Positions 29,052-42,409 of a stretch of 64,000 nt of DNA are shown here, in pieces; the stretch's first letter is position 1, and each line of letters begins with the position of its first letter. The notes beneath the pieces are model-generated. The model was not told where the DNA came from. It saw only the letters and a list, made by a program, of their open reading frames with translations, and did not search any database. The stretch is from Paramecium tetraurelia (Eukaryota). The stretch is taken from the NCBI GenBank assembly GCA_000165425.1, contig CT868429.1, positions 571,337-635,336 of the forward strand, written 5' to 3'. Made by a program: the position numbers and the translations under genes.

Positions 29052-30322
29052 ATGAAAAATGTTGATTCTTACTTAGATACTTTATTTGGAGATTTTGCAA
29101 CTAAGAAATGCTTCAAATATGCCCAAAAAATAGTTTCTATTAAATCATAGAAAGTTTTCCAGGAATTAGACTCTAATTAGTTATTCATCAATGAAAATAA
29201 ATAGCATTTAGACTTGTCTTTTAGGTCCCAAACTGCTCAAATCTCAATCCCAACAAGGTACTATATCAAAAATAGTAAGAAAGATTGATTGCTTTGGTAA
29301 AATTGAAGCTAAAACATATACTTAAGAAGAGATAGACTCTATGAGAAAAGAACGAGGATAGAGAGCGTAGATTAAATTAAAGCAACTTTAGGAGGCTTCA
29401 GAAAAGAGAAAATACGACTTTATCGAATCTTGGAAAAAGACCTAATAAATATAACATTAGAAACCATTATATTAAATACTATAAGACTAAGAGAATGAAT
29501 TAATAAAATAATAATAATAAATAATACAATAAAAATTAGAGTAAATAAAATTAGATAGAAGACCATTAAATAAATTAGATTTTGAAGAACATCGTAAGAA
29601 ATTTTGTGATTTAATTATTCAACCAAGATTGAGGTCGAATGATTCTTAAATTAAAAATTAAAAAAAGTCCTTAAGTCCTGAAAAGTCTATTTACTATTTA
29701 AGAATTGAACAAGAAAAAGCAAAACAAAAGTAATTAGAATAAGAGAGAAGGAATCAATTATTGGAGTTGTAGGAGAAGAAAAAGAATTTTTCAGAGGAAA
29801 CTAAAAAAAGATTCAAACCAAAGGTGAGCTAAGATAAATAAAATGAACTATTAGAAATTTAGAGCAAATTGCATCATAGATCTGATTTTTAAAAATATTA
29901 AGTTTTAGCAAATAAAATAAGATAAAAAAGGATTTCTTATTAAATTCAAGATACTGATGAAGAGACTAAATCATTAATGTATTTTAATAAAAATAAAGAT
30001 TAAAATACTTCATATGATATTGCCAGTTAAGACACTTAATTGCCAAAATTTAAGCATAAGAGTTTTGTAATTGAAACAAATACCTAGTAATAAACTATGA
30101 ATTATTGGTAAAAAGTAGCTCTAAATCAGAACTTATCAGTTAAGGATAAGAACGTTTTGATAATAGAAGAAGCAAAAAAGTAAAAATTGATTTTAGTTTA
30201 GGTTAGAACATTTGGCTAAAAAATAAGAGTAATTAGCACGTGTTTCAGGTTGCGATTGCCTTCAAGCAGATAATCTTTTAATTAGTTCTATTAAGGCTAA
30301 GTTGACAGTTTTGGAAAATTGA
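29052..30322 (+). CDS. Hypothetical coiled-coil protein
   Basis: MKNVDSYLDTLFGDF...EEKKKNFSEETKKRFKPKVSQDKQNELLEIQ...LISSIKAKLTVLEN-TGA; short introns. Confidence 0.7.
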
Positions 30323-30501
30323 TTTTTTTTTTGTTATAAACAACAATTATATTCATATTTATAAAAATAATGTAATTCTTATATTACTAGAAATTCGTTA
30401 ATTCTACTTAGTTATTTTACATTATATAACACTTTTGGAATAATTTAAGATAAATAAGATAAAACAAATAAAGCTTATTAGATAATTATTTTTATTTTAT
30501 T

Positions 30502-33484
30502 TCAATTATTTCTCTTCTTTTTAGTTTCTAGTAAAACTAATCCTGGTTCATTTACTTATTATTATTGCTATTACTGTTATTGAGGCTCATCTTAGTGTTG
30601 TTTATTTTATGGCTTTTGTTTATTATTTGTCACAGATTATGAAAGTAATAAAGTAGCCCAATCAGAATTATCATTTTTTTTTTGAGTAAATTGATCATCA
30701 TCATGCCTATCATTTTTTCTTGGATTCTTAGAGAATTTTTTGCGTCCTTTGGAAAAGGTTTCCTTATTGACATCATCCTATTTAACTGGTTATTCTTGTT
30801 TTTTTTGCTAGATCATAAATTTCTTTTCTCCTAAATAGGGTGCATATAACAATTTTTTATTTAACTCTTCATAACACATCAAACAAACATTGTTATACTT
30901 GACTTCTTCTTTATCCTTAGTTTTTGTTATTAAATTAAATGTTTTTAACTTAAATATATTGATAATCTTACTTAGCATTCTGTGCAAGCATTTTTAGTAA
31001 TATCAACTTATACAACTGCAGGAACTAGTTAATAGAGACACCAACATTCATTGCAAGATAAACAAATTTGTTATCCTTTACTAATGAATGGTTCTAAAAT
31101 AAGTTCACCAATTTTGCAACTCTTGCATTTGCCAACCATCCTAGATTCCTTAGATTTTTCACAATCAACATTTGGACATATATTACAAGTGCATTATTCG
31201 GATGTTACTAATGGTGATGAACTGAAACATTTGGGACAAAGAAGAGTGGTATTGAAAGGAGACTTATTGCTTGTGCAAAATAGTAATTCAAACTAAAAAT
31301 ATTAATAAATTGATATTACTTTATCAAATGGACACCTATAAGCTCCATATGCTTTAAATTTACAGTCTGGCAGTAAGGGGTAAGTCTTGATACACTATTT
31401 ACAGATGGCAGAATTGTTTGATTAAACTAAGTATCTATTGCAATCTCCGCATCTACTTAAGATGATTTCTTCATCTGATTATTTAATTTGTCTATTGATT
31501 CCTTATTGATGGTATTAAACTAGTTAAAAATCATTGATTCTCTCTCTAAAATGAATGTACTTTTTCGTAAAAATCTGTATGACATCTTATATGACTTATT
31601 GACATTTAAGTTTTCCTTTAGCAATTTGATCAACTTAAGATTCTATGCTGGATCTCAATTAAGGTGCGACAAGATCTGGATCAATCCTTTTATAACCTCT
31701 TACTAGTGATAATCCCAGATCAGTTGGCTTTAATTTTCTAGATGATCCTTCAACCTTAACATATTGTCTTTCGCAAATATTATTTATATGTGTTGCCATA
31801 GAAGCATCAGTTCCAATTTTGAATTTGTCCATCAGTGTAATTAATTCAGTTTCTGTTAAATGATCAGGAGGACTTGTTTACCCTTATTAATATTCAACAA
31901 ATCCAATTTGCACTTTGTTATTGGTAACAAATTTAGTTAAATCGCTCTTGTTTTCAGTAATTGCCAACCAAGTGGCTACTTTTGTGAATCCTGGATCCAA
32001 AATATATTTGGATTAGAATTTAAATTGATGATCACCAACAAAAAATTTGAGTGTATGATTTTCATATTTGCAATCTTTTGAATGAGCAGCCAAAAACATT
32101 TTAACCACATATTCATACATGGTCTTTTCTTCGCCATAAAGATTATTTTATGGCACATTTTCAGTTGGAGTGATAGGAGGATGGTCTCCTACATCAACTC
32201 CTTATTTAGGATTTGAATGCCCATTTGTTTTCAAGTATTTACTGTGTTCACTAATAAGTGGATCCTTATATTTCTATAAATTATTGATTATTTTTGGAGT
32301 TGGAAATTCGTGAGGATATGCTGTTGTTTCTGTTCTGGGATAACTGATATAACCATTTAAATATAATCTTTCAGCAACATGCATAGCTTATTAAGGTCCT
32401 AATCCTAGATAAGATGAGGCAAATTTCAAGAGTGAGACTGTATTGATACCCTCAGGTCTAGGCTTTGATTTCTGTTCAACTTATTGACTAATGACATCTC
32501 CTTACTTAAATTTTTGTAACTACTAAACAACCTACTTAGCCTCTGGTTCCTTCCATATTTATTGTCCCTATTCTTTAATATTTTTAATACCAGCCATTCC
32601 ACTTCTTATTTGTAACCCACATTATTCAATATACTCAATTTGATTGTATAAAAGGCTCTAGGTACAAAATTCACTATTTCCTCATGTCTCTCTACACAAA
32701 ATCCTAATGTAGGTGTTTAACAAGGACCAAAGGTTACCATCTAATCCATAGAATACTTTTTTTAAAAGTGAAGAGTTTAAAATCTAGAGAATGCTACTCC
32801 AACCTTTAAATCGATTATTTATCTTGCATCTACTGATTCAGATTCTAAGATGTTTGGACCTGTATTCAATTAATTGTAAGCATATTTCAAATCTGTTTGC
32901 GTTATTGATGAAAACTTTGCTCTCAATTTTCTAATTAAATTGCCTAAATTAATTACTTTGCTCTTCCTTATGAATTACACACCTCATCAACTTCAAAACA
33001 AATATTCTCTCCCTCTCTATCATTATCCAACCACAAAATTAGATAATCTATTCCTGATGAACACTTCCTCAATAATCCTATACCTGCTTTATTTGCTGGC
33101 TTCTTAATTGTTTTTGCTTAAAATAGATCTATTGGATCACAGGAATTCTTTGCTCTATAATCATAATTACCCAATTTTCATATTCTTTTGGAAAATCTCT
33201 TGAAAATAGATGCCCATTTGTAGCAGTCACTGTAAAATTTGCCTACTGTCCTTTAAACATCCCAGAGAAATAATAGAATGCTTATCTGCCCTTTTTTGCT
33301 CTCACTTTGTTTCCAATCGCATATGCCACAGCTTCAGCAATTGAATTTTTTTCAGCCACCTTTTAATTGTCATATAAATTACCATTAATATTTTTAAATT
33401 CGATCCTTGGTAGTTTGAAAATTCCTCATCTTAATAATCATAATCTTCATAGTCTTCCTAATCTCCATAATCATATTGATCCAT
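30502..33484 (-). CDS. TOP3B: DNA topoisomerase III beta
   Basis: ILMVAEKNSIA, LWLDNDREGENICFEV, VDARQIIDLKVGVAFSRFQT, GPCQTPTLGF, GYISYPRTET (catalytic Tyr), GDHPPITPT, IGTDASMATHI, and C-terminal CxxC zinc-ribbon repeats. 3' end uncertain. Confidence 0.92.
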
Positions 33485-33781
33485 CTTTATTAATAATATC
33501 TTTATTTACTTTTATATATAAATTAATATTAACCATTTAATCAATTTTATATAACCTATCATCTCCTTTCATTAAGTTCCTAACTCAAATGATTCACATA
33601 TTTAACACACAATTAACATAGTTCAACTGAAGCACTAATATGGTATAACTATGTTTGGTTATCAATTGCATAGATGTTCAAAATATTTGGAATTTTTTGT
33701 TCTCATTATTTGATTACCATTTCATAAGTGTTAGATATTATTTTCATTATTCTAAATATTTAAATATATAAATATAGAGTT

Positions 33782-34081
33782 ATGATGATGATCTAGGTTT
33801 CACAATGCAACGGAGATAGTGAAAATGAAATTATTGATATTCTTGATTTTCAAGAGAGATCCTCACATTACGATAGACTTAAACAATAGTTACCTAAAAT
33901 TAGACTTGATATGTTTCATCAAGAAATTATCAAAAAGGAGAAGAATCACTCAATTAGTTTTAGAGATGAAGTTCAACCAAATTATGGGCTTGTTGATATT
34001 GTGCTAGTAGAAAATTGGAAAGATTATAATATTAAACTAGAAGATGATGTGAGAGATAACTGTTCTTGCAATATCTTATGA
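33782..34081 (+). CDS. Small CaaX-terminated protein (99 aa) with a PP1-docking-like motif
   Basis: ...IRLDMFHQEIIKKEKNHSISFRDEVQPNYGLVDIVLVENWKDYN...NCSCNIL-TGA; intronless. Confidence 0.7.
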
Positions 34082-34829
34082 CTCTTTAGAATGGAAATGA
34101 GGATTTTGTGATATTATTAAAAATACTATTTATTCATAACAAATTATCCAAGCTAGTTGGTTGTAGATATTTTCAATAACGAAATATTAAATTAATTTAA
34201 AATAAATTTAATGATTACTATTATTTTAATACAATTTCAATATAAATTTTTGTTTGATTAATTATTTATTACTTTTAATTTCTAAAATAAAACTAACTAC
34301 ATTCCATAAATGTGAATAAAGTATTTATAAAGGAACCTTTTATTTAATTCAAACAAAAAATTAGAACATAACTCGAAATATTAATAGATATTGTTATTTC
34401 TTATAAAGCAATTGTATTTGATCATCTTTATTAATCTTTTCCATTTGCAAATACTAAAAATTGGTTAAATTAAAATTTAGATTTATCAATAATATATATT
34501 GGACAATTCTATTCTTAAAATTAATAATTAACTGTCGTTCGTTTTTTTAATTATAAACTTTACGTTATAAACCATAAAATAAAGGTATTTAAATGCAAAT
34601 TTGATTATATTTATATCATTCTATTCATATTATTCATTAAATTCTTCATATTTTAATATTAATTTTTTAGACAATAGTATATTAATACATAAATAGAAAT
34701 TATCTTAAAGTAAAACACATCAACTTTAACTACTCCTCTCTATAAATAATTGCAAATATTGACAATTTTCAAAATTATGAATAAAATATATAATGTTTAG
34801 AATTGTAAAAAAATAAAATTATATTAATT

Positions 34830-36930
34830 ATGGAGATCGTAATTAAGGAGTCCCTTATTTTACTTGGAATAAAAGGATAGATGTAAAAAAGTGATTTAGT
34901 CGAGAAGCTGGAGAAGAATGATTGTCTTCCAGGGTTCGAACCTGAGGTATTATTTGAAAAGTTGTAAAGTGTATAAGGAATTTAAATTGCTAATGATAAA
35001 ATATCGTATAAGAAGCTATCTAACAGATTGCATTTATATATTGAAGATAAAAGTGAGGATAAAAAGTATTTAAAAGTAATGGATGACATTTATTAAATAA
35101 TCTTGAAGGATAAGGAGGGATTGAGTTATCAATAGATTCAATAAAAATTACCAAAATCAGGGAAGTTATTGGAGTTAAATCAAATATCTCATTATTGTAG
35201 AAAGTTGTATGATTTGAATTTAGTGCATATCTCATGCAAGAGCCATTGTAAATAGGTAAAGGCGAGAAAATTTTGTGAATTTCTGAAATGGAAAGGATTT
35301 GAAAATGAAGAGGAGGAAAAGAATTTCGAATAATAGCAAAATCATTATAAGGAATTCAATTTCTATTAAAACCTTTGGCTTAACTTATAAGAACCATTAC
35401 TTGAATCGGAAGTGAGATAAAGAATGAATAAATGTGAAGAAAGCAAATCCTTTTCGAGGTTGATTGACAATTTATTTAAAGTGGAACAAGATCTCAATTA
35501 AGTAGCAGAGAGAAGAGGCAAAATATTTATGTATAGATACAAAGCAAAAGAGCCAATAAAGAAATGGCCATACGTTTCAACAAATTAAAAGGTGTCCATT
35601 AGAGGTACTTTGGTTGTAAACTTTGATACTTCAGTCTTATCAGATTTACAAAGATTGCTTAATCAGAAAGAGTATGTAGTGGAGTAGGATAACTATAAGA
35701 TTGGAGAATGTTTAAATAATGTGAATAATAGCTAATTGGACATTAATAATGATAAGAAGTAGAAAGGATAGAGGAAAATATAAGTGTCTTAATAGAAAAT
35801 AAACAGATTTGCTTGTATTTGCAATTATTTACACAGTAAAAAAATAGCGACTGTCAAAGAATTGAAGGATTAAATAATTGATAGTGAGAGGGATGAAAAC
35901 AATGGTATAATTGATACTAGAACAATACATTCATTATTAAAGACTTTAAAAACAATAGATTTTTTGAATATTCATATCATAAAGACAGTCATAGTCTAGA
36001 GAGAATGTGAGCGATGGCTTATATCTCATTGGAGTGTTAATGAATCGGATGTGATTGTGCAGTAGGGATTACTCAAGTTGGGGGAACCGTAGAATGATAA
36101 GCCATTTAAATCAATTTAACAAAAATAAAATGATTACGTTGAAAGCCAAAGTCAAATTAAAAAAAAAATTAAAACAAAAGGGAATTAATAGTAATAATAG
36201 CCAGTTCCTATTGAGGGAGAAGACCAATTAGAAGGCGATGATAGTGATATTTATTAAAGTGAAGAAAATAAAGGTGAATATGAAAAGATCAATGCTTAGG
36301 AATATAAAATTAAATAAGCAGTAGGATTACTCCTTTCAGCTATTCACAAGATAAATAAGAAGGTAATGAAAAAAGTGATCAAGAAATTGAAACCTAATTA
36401 TGATGTTAGGATTGCTAATGAAATCTTTTAGAGAGTCAATCTGTAAGAAAGTTCTATTGGAGCATTGCTAGGTTTAGAATAAAAAGTCTATAATTAACAG
36501 TAATGTTCTAAGTCATTTTCACAATTGGATGAATGGGAAATAGATACAAGGTAATTAAACCCATTAACATATATCTAATACACAAATTTAAGTGATTAAT
36601 TAACTCCAATAGAATATAAACATAATAAATAATTCAAAAAAAATAATGCAAATTATGAATCCTAAAAGAATGCTGCAGAAAAATTAAAGAACTACTTATT
36701 AAGATATCCAAATCAAAGTTTAGGTAAGCTAATGCATATTTTTCCCAATATCAATATTTATGCCTTGCTTAAAAAAATGCTATTGGATAATACTATTGAA
36801 GTACTAATCATTTAATTAATAGATTAAAATCCTAACTAATAAGAATCAGGATCTAGATTAGGCTTTGAATTAATATACGATAGATTAGATAAAATATAGG
36901 ATAACAGAAAATTATTTAGGGTATTTTTGA
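34830..36930 (+). CDS. TFIIIC B-box-binding subunit-like (Tfc3/GTF3C1) tandem winged-helix protein
   Basis: Repeated wHTH-like units: EGLSYQQIQQKL..ISHYCRKLYDLNLV, AERRGKIFMYRY, and INRFACICNYLHSKKIATVKELKDQIIDSE..IDTRTIHSLLKTL, resembling tau138/GTF3C1 motifs. One intron near the 3' end. Confidence 0.55.
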
Positions 36931-37120
36931 GTTTATTTGTTATTTTAAAATATAAAACTTTCTTTAATCAAATGACCCATTAATCTCATCTTTAATATGC
37001 AACCTTTTAGTGATATTTGAAAAATAGTTTAATTAAATTCTTAAGAATTGGATTAAGGGTTAATTAGAACATCAATTTTAATTTCTAATTATTATTCGCA
37101 TATTATTTTAGATATTATAA

Positions 37121-38756
37121 ATGAATAGAAATGAAAAGCAAATCGAACATTACCGTTATAATTATAAGAAAGGAAAAATTGGAATAGGCTCATATGCTAC
37201 TGTTTTCAAAGGAGTTGATACCCGATCAAAGTAAAATGTTGCCATAAAATAAATTCTGAAGGCAGATCTTCAAAGTGCAGGTTCTATCTTATATTTATTG
37301 GCTTAGATGATGAAGAACATTTATTGAATGAGATTAACATGCTTAAGCGAATAAAAAATCCAAATATAATAGAAATACTTGATGTTCTTTAAACCAAAGA
37401 TCATTATTATATAATATTAGAATATTGCAATCTCGGTGATTTAGATTCTCTACTTAGATAGAAGAACATCATCAAATTAGATGATCATATAATCTTCCTG
37501 TAGGATATCTTGAATGCCTTTACAACATTAATCAGATAAGGTATAGCGCATAGAGATCTTAAACCAGCAAATGTTTTGGTTCATTAGGAAGGAAAAAGAA
37601 AGATCTTTAAATTAGCTGATTTCGGTTATGCTAAGACTGTATTCAATTACAAAGCGTAAATATTAAAGAGTAATTTGGGGACACCTGCATACATGAGTCC
37701 TTAATTACTTAAAGAAGAATAATACACAACAAAAAGCGACATTTGGAGTTTTGGGATAATTTTATATTAAATTATATTCAATACTCGTATATTTTTAAGT
37801 TATTTTAGTCCCTTGGGTAGGAAAGTCAGAAGGTGATTTAGTTTAAAAGATACTAAGTGTTCCAATAGCATTTCCTTAATATCCAAAAATCTCGACAGTT
37901 TGCCAAGATTTAATTATTAATTGTTTATAAGCTAATGAAGATAAGAGAATAAATTGGGATGATTTATTTAGACACCCTTATGTATGTAGTTATTTCGGAA
38001 AAGTGGATATATAATAGAATAGTGGATTAAAAAAGGTTTTTATATTGTCTCAGAGTATAAGAGACAAAATTGGATCAGAAGAATAGATGGACGAATTGTT
38101 AAAGAATTTAAATATCTAAGAATAGTTATGTTAATTGAATGCTGAAGAGTTCCAAAACCTTATAAAATAAACAAATTAAAGTGAAAGTCTCAGTACTGAT
38201 GATATTCAGTGTCTATTTTAAGAGTTTTAGATTGATGGAAAAGTAAATTATAAGGAATTTAAAACTTGTGTCTTTTACAATCATCCTAAAAGAGTGAAGA
38301 TAGTTAGACATTTGTCAAATTCAAATATTAAAATTCTGTCTAAATTAGCCATAGCATTAAAATAATATAATATGAAAGATCTATTCGAATAATTTGCTAC
38401 AACTAAAAAGGATACATTAGAGAGACATCAATTTTCAAAAATGATTAAAATGTTTGCAAATACAAATTCATTGACCAATCAAAATGTAATAATTGACTAT
38501 TATATTTATTTAGATTAAAGAAATAATCGATTTCTTTGATGATAATGGAGATGGAATGATTCAATTTTCAGAATTCAATAATGTCATGAGATATGTGCAA
38601 TAAATTGAGAGAAATAGTGATAATAGATTGGATACAATAACGGAATTGGATGAAATATCATTTATTCAGGAAATTGAAAATAATGGAAACATCAATCAAA
38701 ATTTTGGAAGTAGATCAGATTAAAAGATCAGTATATGCGAATGTTTTATTTTTTGA
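37121..38756 (+). CDS. ULK/Atg1-like Ser/Thr kinase with C-terminal EF-hands and CaaX box
   Basis: IGIGSYATVFKG, VAIK, HRDLKPAN, ADFG, GTPAYMSPQ, SDIWSFG; EF-hand FDDNGDGMIQFSEF; ends ICECFIF-TGA; three short introns. Confidence 0.85.
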
Positions 38757-38964
38757 TTTTAATCTCATTAATATAAAATACGTTGAATTTTATGAATCAA
38801 TCAAACTATTTTTTAATTGATAAAATATATAATTTTTAGCCGATCGAAACAGTAGATTCTTAATTTGTATTATTTATGAATTAAGAAATGAATTTAGCTT
38901 TGTTACATAAAAAAGAAGAGATTTTTAATATAAAAGAACAAAAAATATATTGATAAATTAAGCA

Positions 38965-39474
38965 TCAAGACATTTCTATTTCCCCATACTCTAACAATCT
39001 CTTTTCGTACACTAGATATTATTGTTCATCTATGAACAATTCATAATTCATATATTCCAAGAATTCTTATTCTAGCCTATTTATTTCTTTCACATTTATT
39101 CCTCCAACCTTAGCATAATATTCATTCTTATAGTAATCATCATCTTAAAATTTTATCGCAGTCATAAGGGCCAATAGCAAAAATCTATAAAGGATGTAAT
39201 TAAGATTGAAATACCTATGTATACAATGGGAATTTAATACTAGATATGAGTGTTTTTCTTAAAGTCTGTCTAAGTATATTAGCGCTATGACAAAGCATTA
39301 TTCACTGCAGTGAGTGTATTTATTTATTCTTTGCAAATAATTATAGATTGAGATTGCCGGAGCTGCCATTGCGTGAAAGATAGAATTTGATTCTACTTCA
39401 AGAGCATCAGTTTCTTTGATTATTTCGTCCAGAATGTTTGAGATTGTCAAAAGGATTGGATTTTACTGCTGCAT
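38965..39474 (-). CDS. Cyclin, PHO80/cyclin P/U family
   Basis: [38 protein letters not shown]...IHRFLLLALMTAIKFQDDDYYKNEYYAKVGGINVKEINRLEQEFL; one 30-nt intron. Confidence 0.93.
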
Positions 39475-39519
39475 TAATTTTATATATACAATAATATTAA
39501 TAATAAAAATATCCTTTTT

Positions 39520-40300
39520 TTATCAAATATGCCCCATTCACATTCACAACCATTGCCAAAAATTCTCAAATTACTCAAGCAATTCTTAACTTTTTTGTGT
39601 TCCCCAATCTTAAATAAGCTGGTTCAACCTAATTCTCATGAAAATTCAAAGCATAACAATTTCAGGAGTTAAATACTGTATGAAAGCTACTTTTAGAATT
39701 ACCTTATTAGATTCCTTCTACATTTACTAATTTCTTGGTAATAACAAATTATGGATGGGTCATCTCAATAAATAAGCAATTATTCTAAGTTTTAATAATT
39801 AATATAAGTGTATCAGTTTTAAAGGTAATCTAAAATATTGATATAAATGGAAAAATTTCACTTAAATATAGATCACCATAATATAACTAATATCCATTAT
39901 GCATATATTTTATGCAATTTAAGGTTGCTTTGCTTAGCAACTAATCTATATAATAAATATAGGTCTTTTAGTTTTAATATTTCCTTAATTTATTTCTCGG
40001 AATATGATAAACAATTCATAATGAAGTTAGAAAACTTTATTTAAGCTTATCTCAATAAGTGGTTTTGGATTTCCTTTTAAGTAAAATTTTTGACATTTTC
40101 CTAGATTCTTTGTACTTTAAATTTAAATTAAGATTTGATACCTTAAGAACCCCATAATTGATTGCTATTCTTTTAAAATGAAAATGAATACAACAAATAA
40201 TGCTACTTTAATATCTTCTGCCTTTTTGTAAGAATTTAATTTATAGTTTTTTTTAATATTCTCCACAAGTTCTGATATACATACCAATCAATTGTAATAT
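39520..40300 (-). pseudogene. Possible decayed protein-kinase pseudogene
   Basis: No coherent ORF. Collinear fragments TLNCIKYMHNGYQLYYGDL (resembles xxYMHxxxIxHRDL, about 39860-39927) and QYLTPEIV (resembles YxAPE, about 39655-39678). Confidence 0.3.
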
Positions 40301-40825
40301 TTTATAGAGAATATACTGATTTTTATATGCTTTACTTATAATTTATAAGCAAATCTCTTATAGAATTTCCTCTTTAATTATAAGTAGAATTTCACTTTTT
40401 AGTTGTAATTTGTTTGGACACAAAGTGCTTCTAAATTATTAATAAATATTAGGTATTAATGATTAATTATAATTAATGATATTATTCGTCAAAGAATAAT
40501 TGAATATATTTTAGAGAATAACAATCGAGAATTTTAATTGAAAATGGTTGCTGATTATTTCTTATTCCAATTCGAGAATTTCTTTATTAACTCTATTCTT
40601 ATCGTTTTTTGTTATATTCTTGTCAAATTATGAACTGACATGTAAGTGAATATTATTATGCAATTTTATAATTCCTATTATTGTGGTTCTCCTTTTATTC
40701 AAAATTATCTTAATAATTTTGTAGTAAGTTAAGATTGGATTAGGTTGTGACTTCATTTCTTAGTTTAAGAGATTTTTGAATTACTATATTATATAATTAT
40801 AATATTGAAATAAAGATATAGAAGT

Positions 40826-42176
40826 TCATTATTATTATGTTAAGAGGAAATTTATAGTTTCTATTGTATTTCTATTGTATGTTTGGAATGAGAGAAACTC
40901 TTCATGTTACAACTAATTTAATAATTGAAATTACTTCATCTATAAAATCCTGATTATTTACTAATACTCTTGGCAACGTATTATCAAATCTAAGTATGAA
41001 ATATTAGGTAGTCTCATAAACCACATCTTTTAAGTCTTCATACTATATTATAATAGATGTAAATACCTCTATTTTTTAATCAAAATGTAAATATAAATCT
41101 GATTATTCTATAAATTATCTGAATATTTAATTATATTCATGATCTGAATTGAAAAATTGTTTAATTTTCGATTGAGAAGTAGCCAAAGTTCTATAATCTT
41201 CAAATATTTGTAAAGATTTTGCAATAACTAAATAGATTAAACTCAAAGCGGTCAATTTTTCATTTTTCTTAAATCTATAATCTATAAGGCAGACATCAAA
41301 CAATTAGACTAATTCTCTATATCTATAATAAGATTCAGTAGTTCTCTCCTTCAATGAGGCATTGAGTTATTTATCAATAATAAATTCATCCCATAATTTT
41401 GTGTAGTAATTCAACCAAAATATTGGAGTATTTGGATTCATTCTGAAATCAAAGCATTTTAAAATTGTAACTTCCATCTCCTCTATGTCTTGAATTGTAT
41501 GTAAATCTTAGATAAGTCGATGAAATTCCTTTATTGTTTTAGGATAGATTTCTTCAAATTTATGAGCTATGAATAAGGCAGCTACTGCAATAAGTTAGAA
41601 TTTAGTGATTGAAACATTTGGTTGTTTGTGAAGAAATCTTTCAATATAATTTCTAGACAAATAAAAGGTTTCCCTTTTAAAATGAAAGGAATGTGCGACA
41701 TCAACCAACCAATCAAATAAAATGGCAATCATATGACTTTAAATTTCATTCTAGTTGTTTAAGTAATTTTTTTAATAACTATAAATTTCTTCAAATTTTA
41801 CTTATTCTCTCATAAACTCAATCAAAGTATCTGATTCCTTTTCTTAAGTATTATCTTCTAAAGAGTTATTTAAAGTAAATGGAAATTAATTTTTAGAAAG
41901 CCCCTCGCAAATCATATTCTCTTACATTTATGAATTTCTCTATTGAATTCTTTTTTATGCGAAAGGAATTTCTTCAATCATAAGGCGAGAAATAGTTTTA
42001 TCATTCTTTACTTTCTTTGCTGTAGTTTATCTATAATTGATAAATATTAAATACTCATAACATGCCGCCTAATTGGATTTGAAATTAACACTCTTACAAT
42101 TTGTTTTATCTTTTAGGTTTCTTTATTTTTGGCCCTTTCTAGGTCTACTTATTTACTTTTTTGCATTATTTAACAT
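40826..42176 (-). CDS. Cyclin, A/B/E-type
   Basis: EIQSHMIAILFDWLVDVAHSFHFKRETFYLSRNYIERFL...FQLIAVAALFIAHKFEEIYP...IEEMEVTILKCFDF (cyclin box); one intron near the 5' end. Confidence 0.92.
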
Positions 42177-42409
42177 ATATATTCTCTTCTATTTACAATT
42201 AAAATAAATATTAAGCAAATTTTTATGATTAAATATTCTTTAATGATATTAAAGTTACTAAAAAAACTTAAAATTATCCAATCAATTAAGTTTCCTTAGA
42301 TAATTAAATTGAAATTATTCTTGATAATCATCATGTTTCAGATCATTAATTTAATCTAATAAAGTATATATTTGACAAATATTTATATTTTAACAAAAAC
42401 AACTCAAAA

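Noticed and set aside
34890..34960. tRNA gene suggested by GGTTCGAACC
   Set aside because: No acceptor, D or anticodon stems can be formed, and it lies in an open coding frame. Kept only as a B-box candidate.
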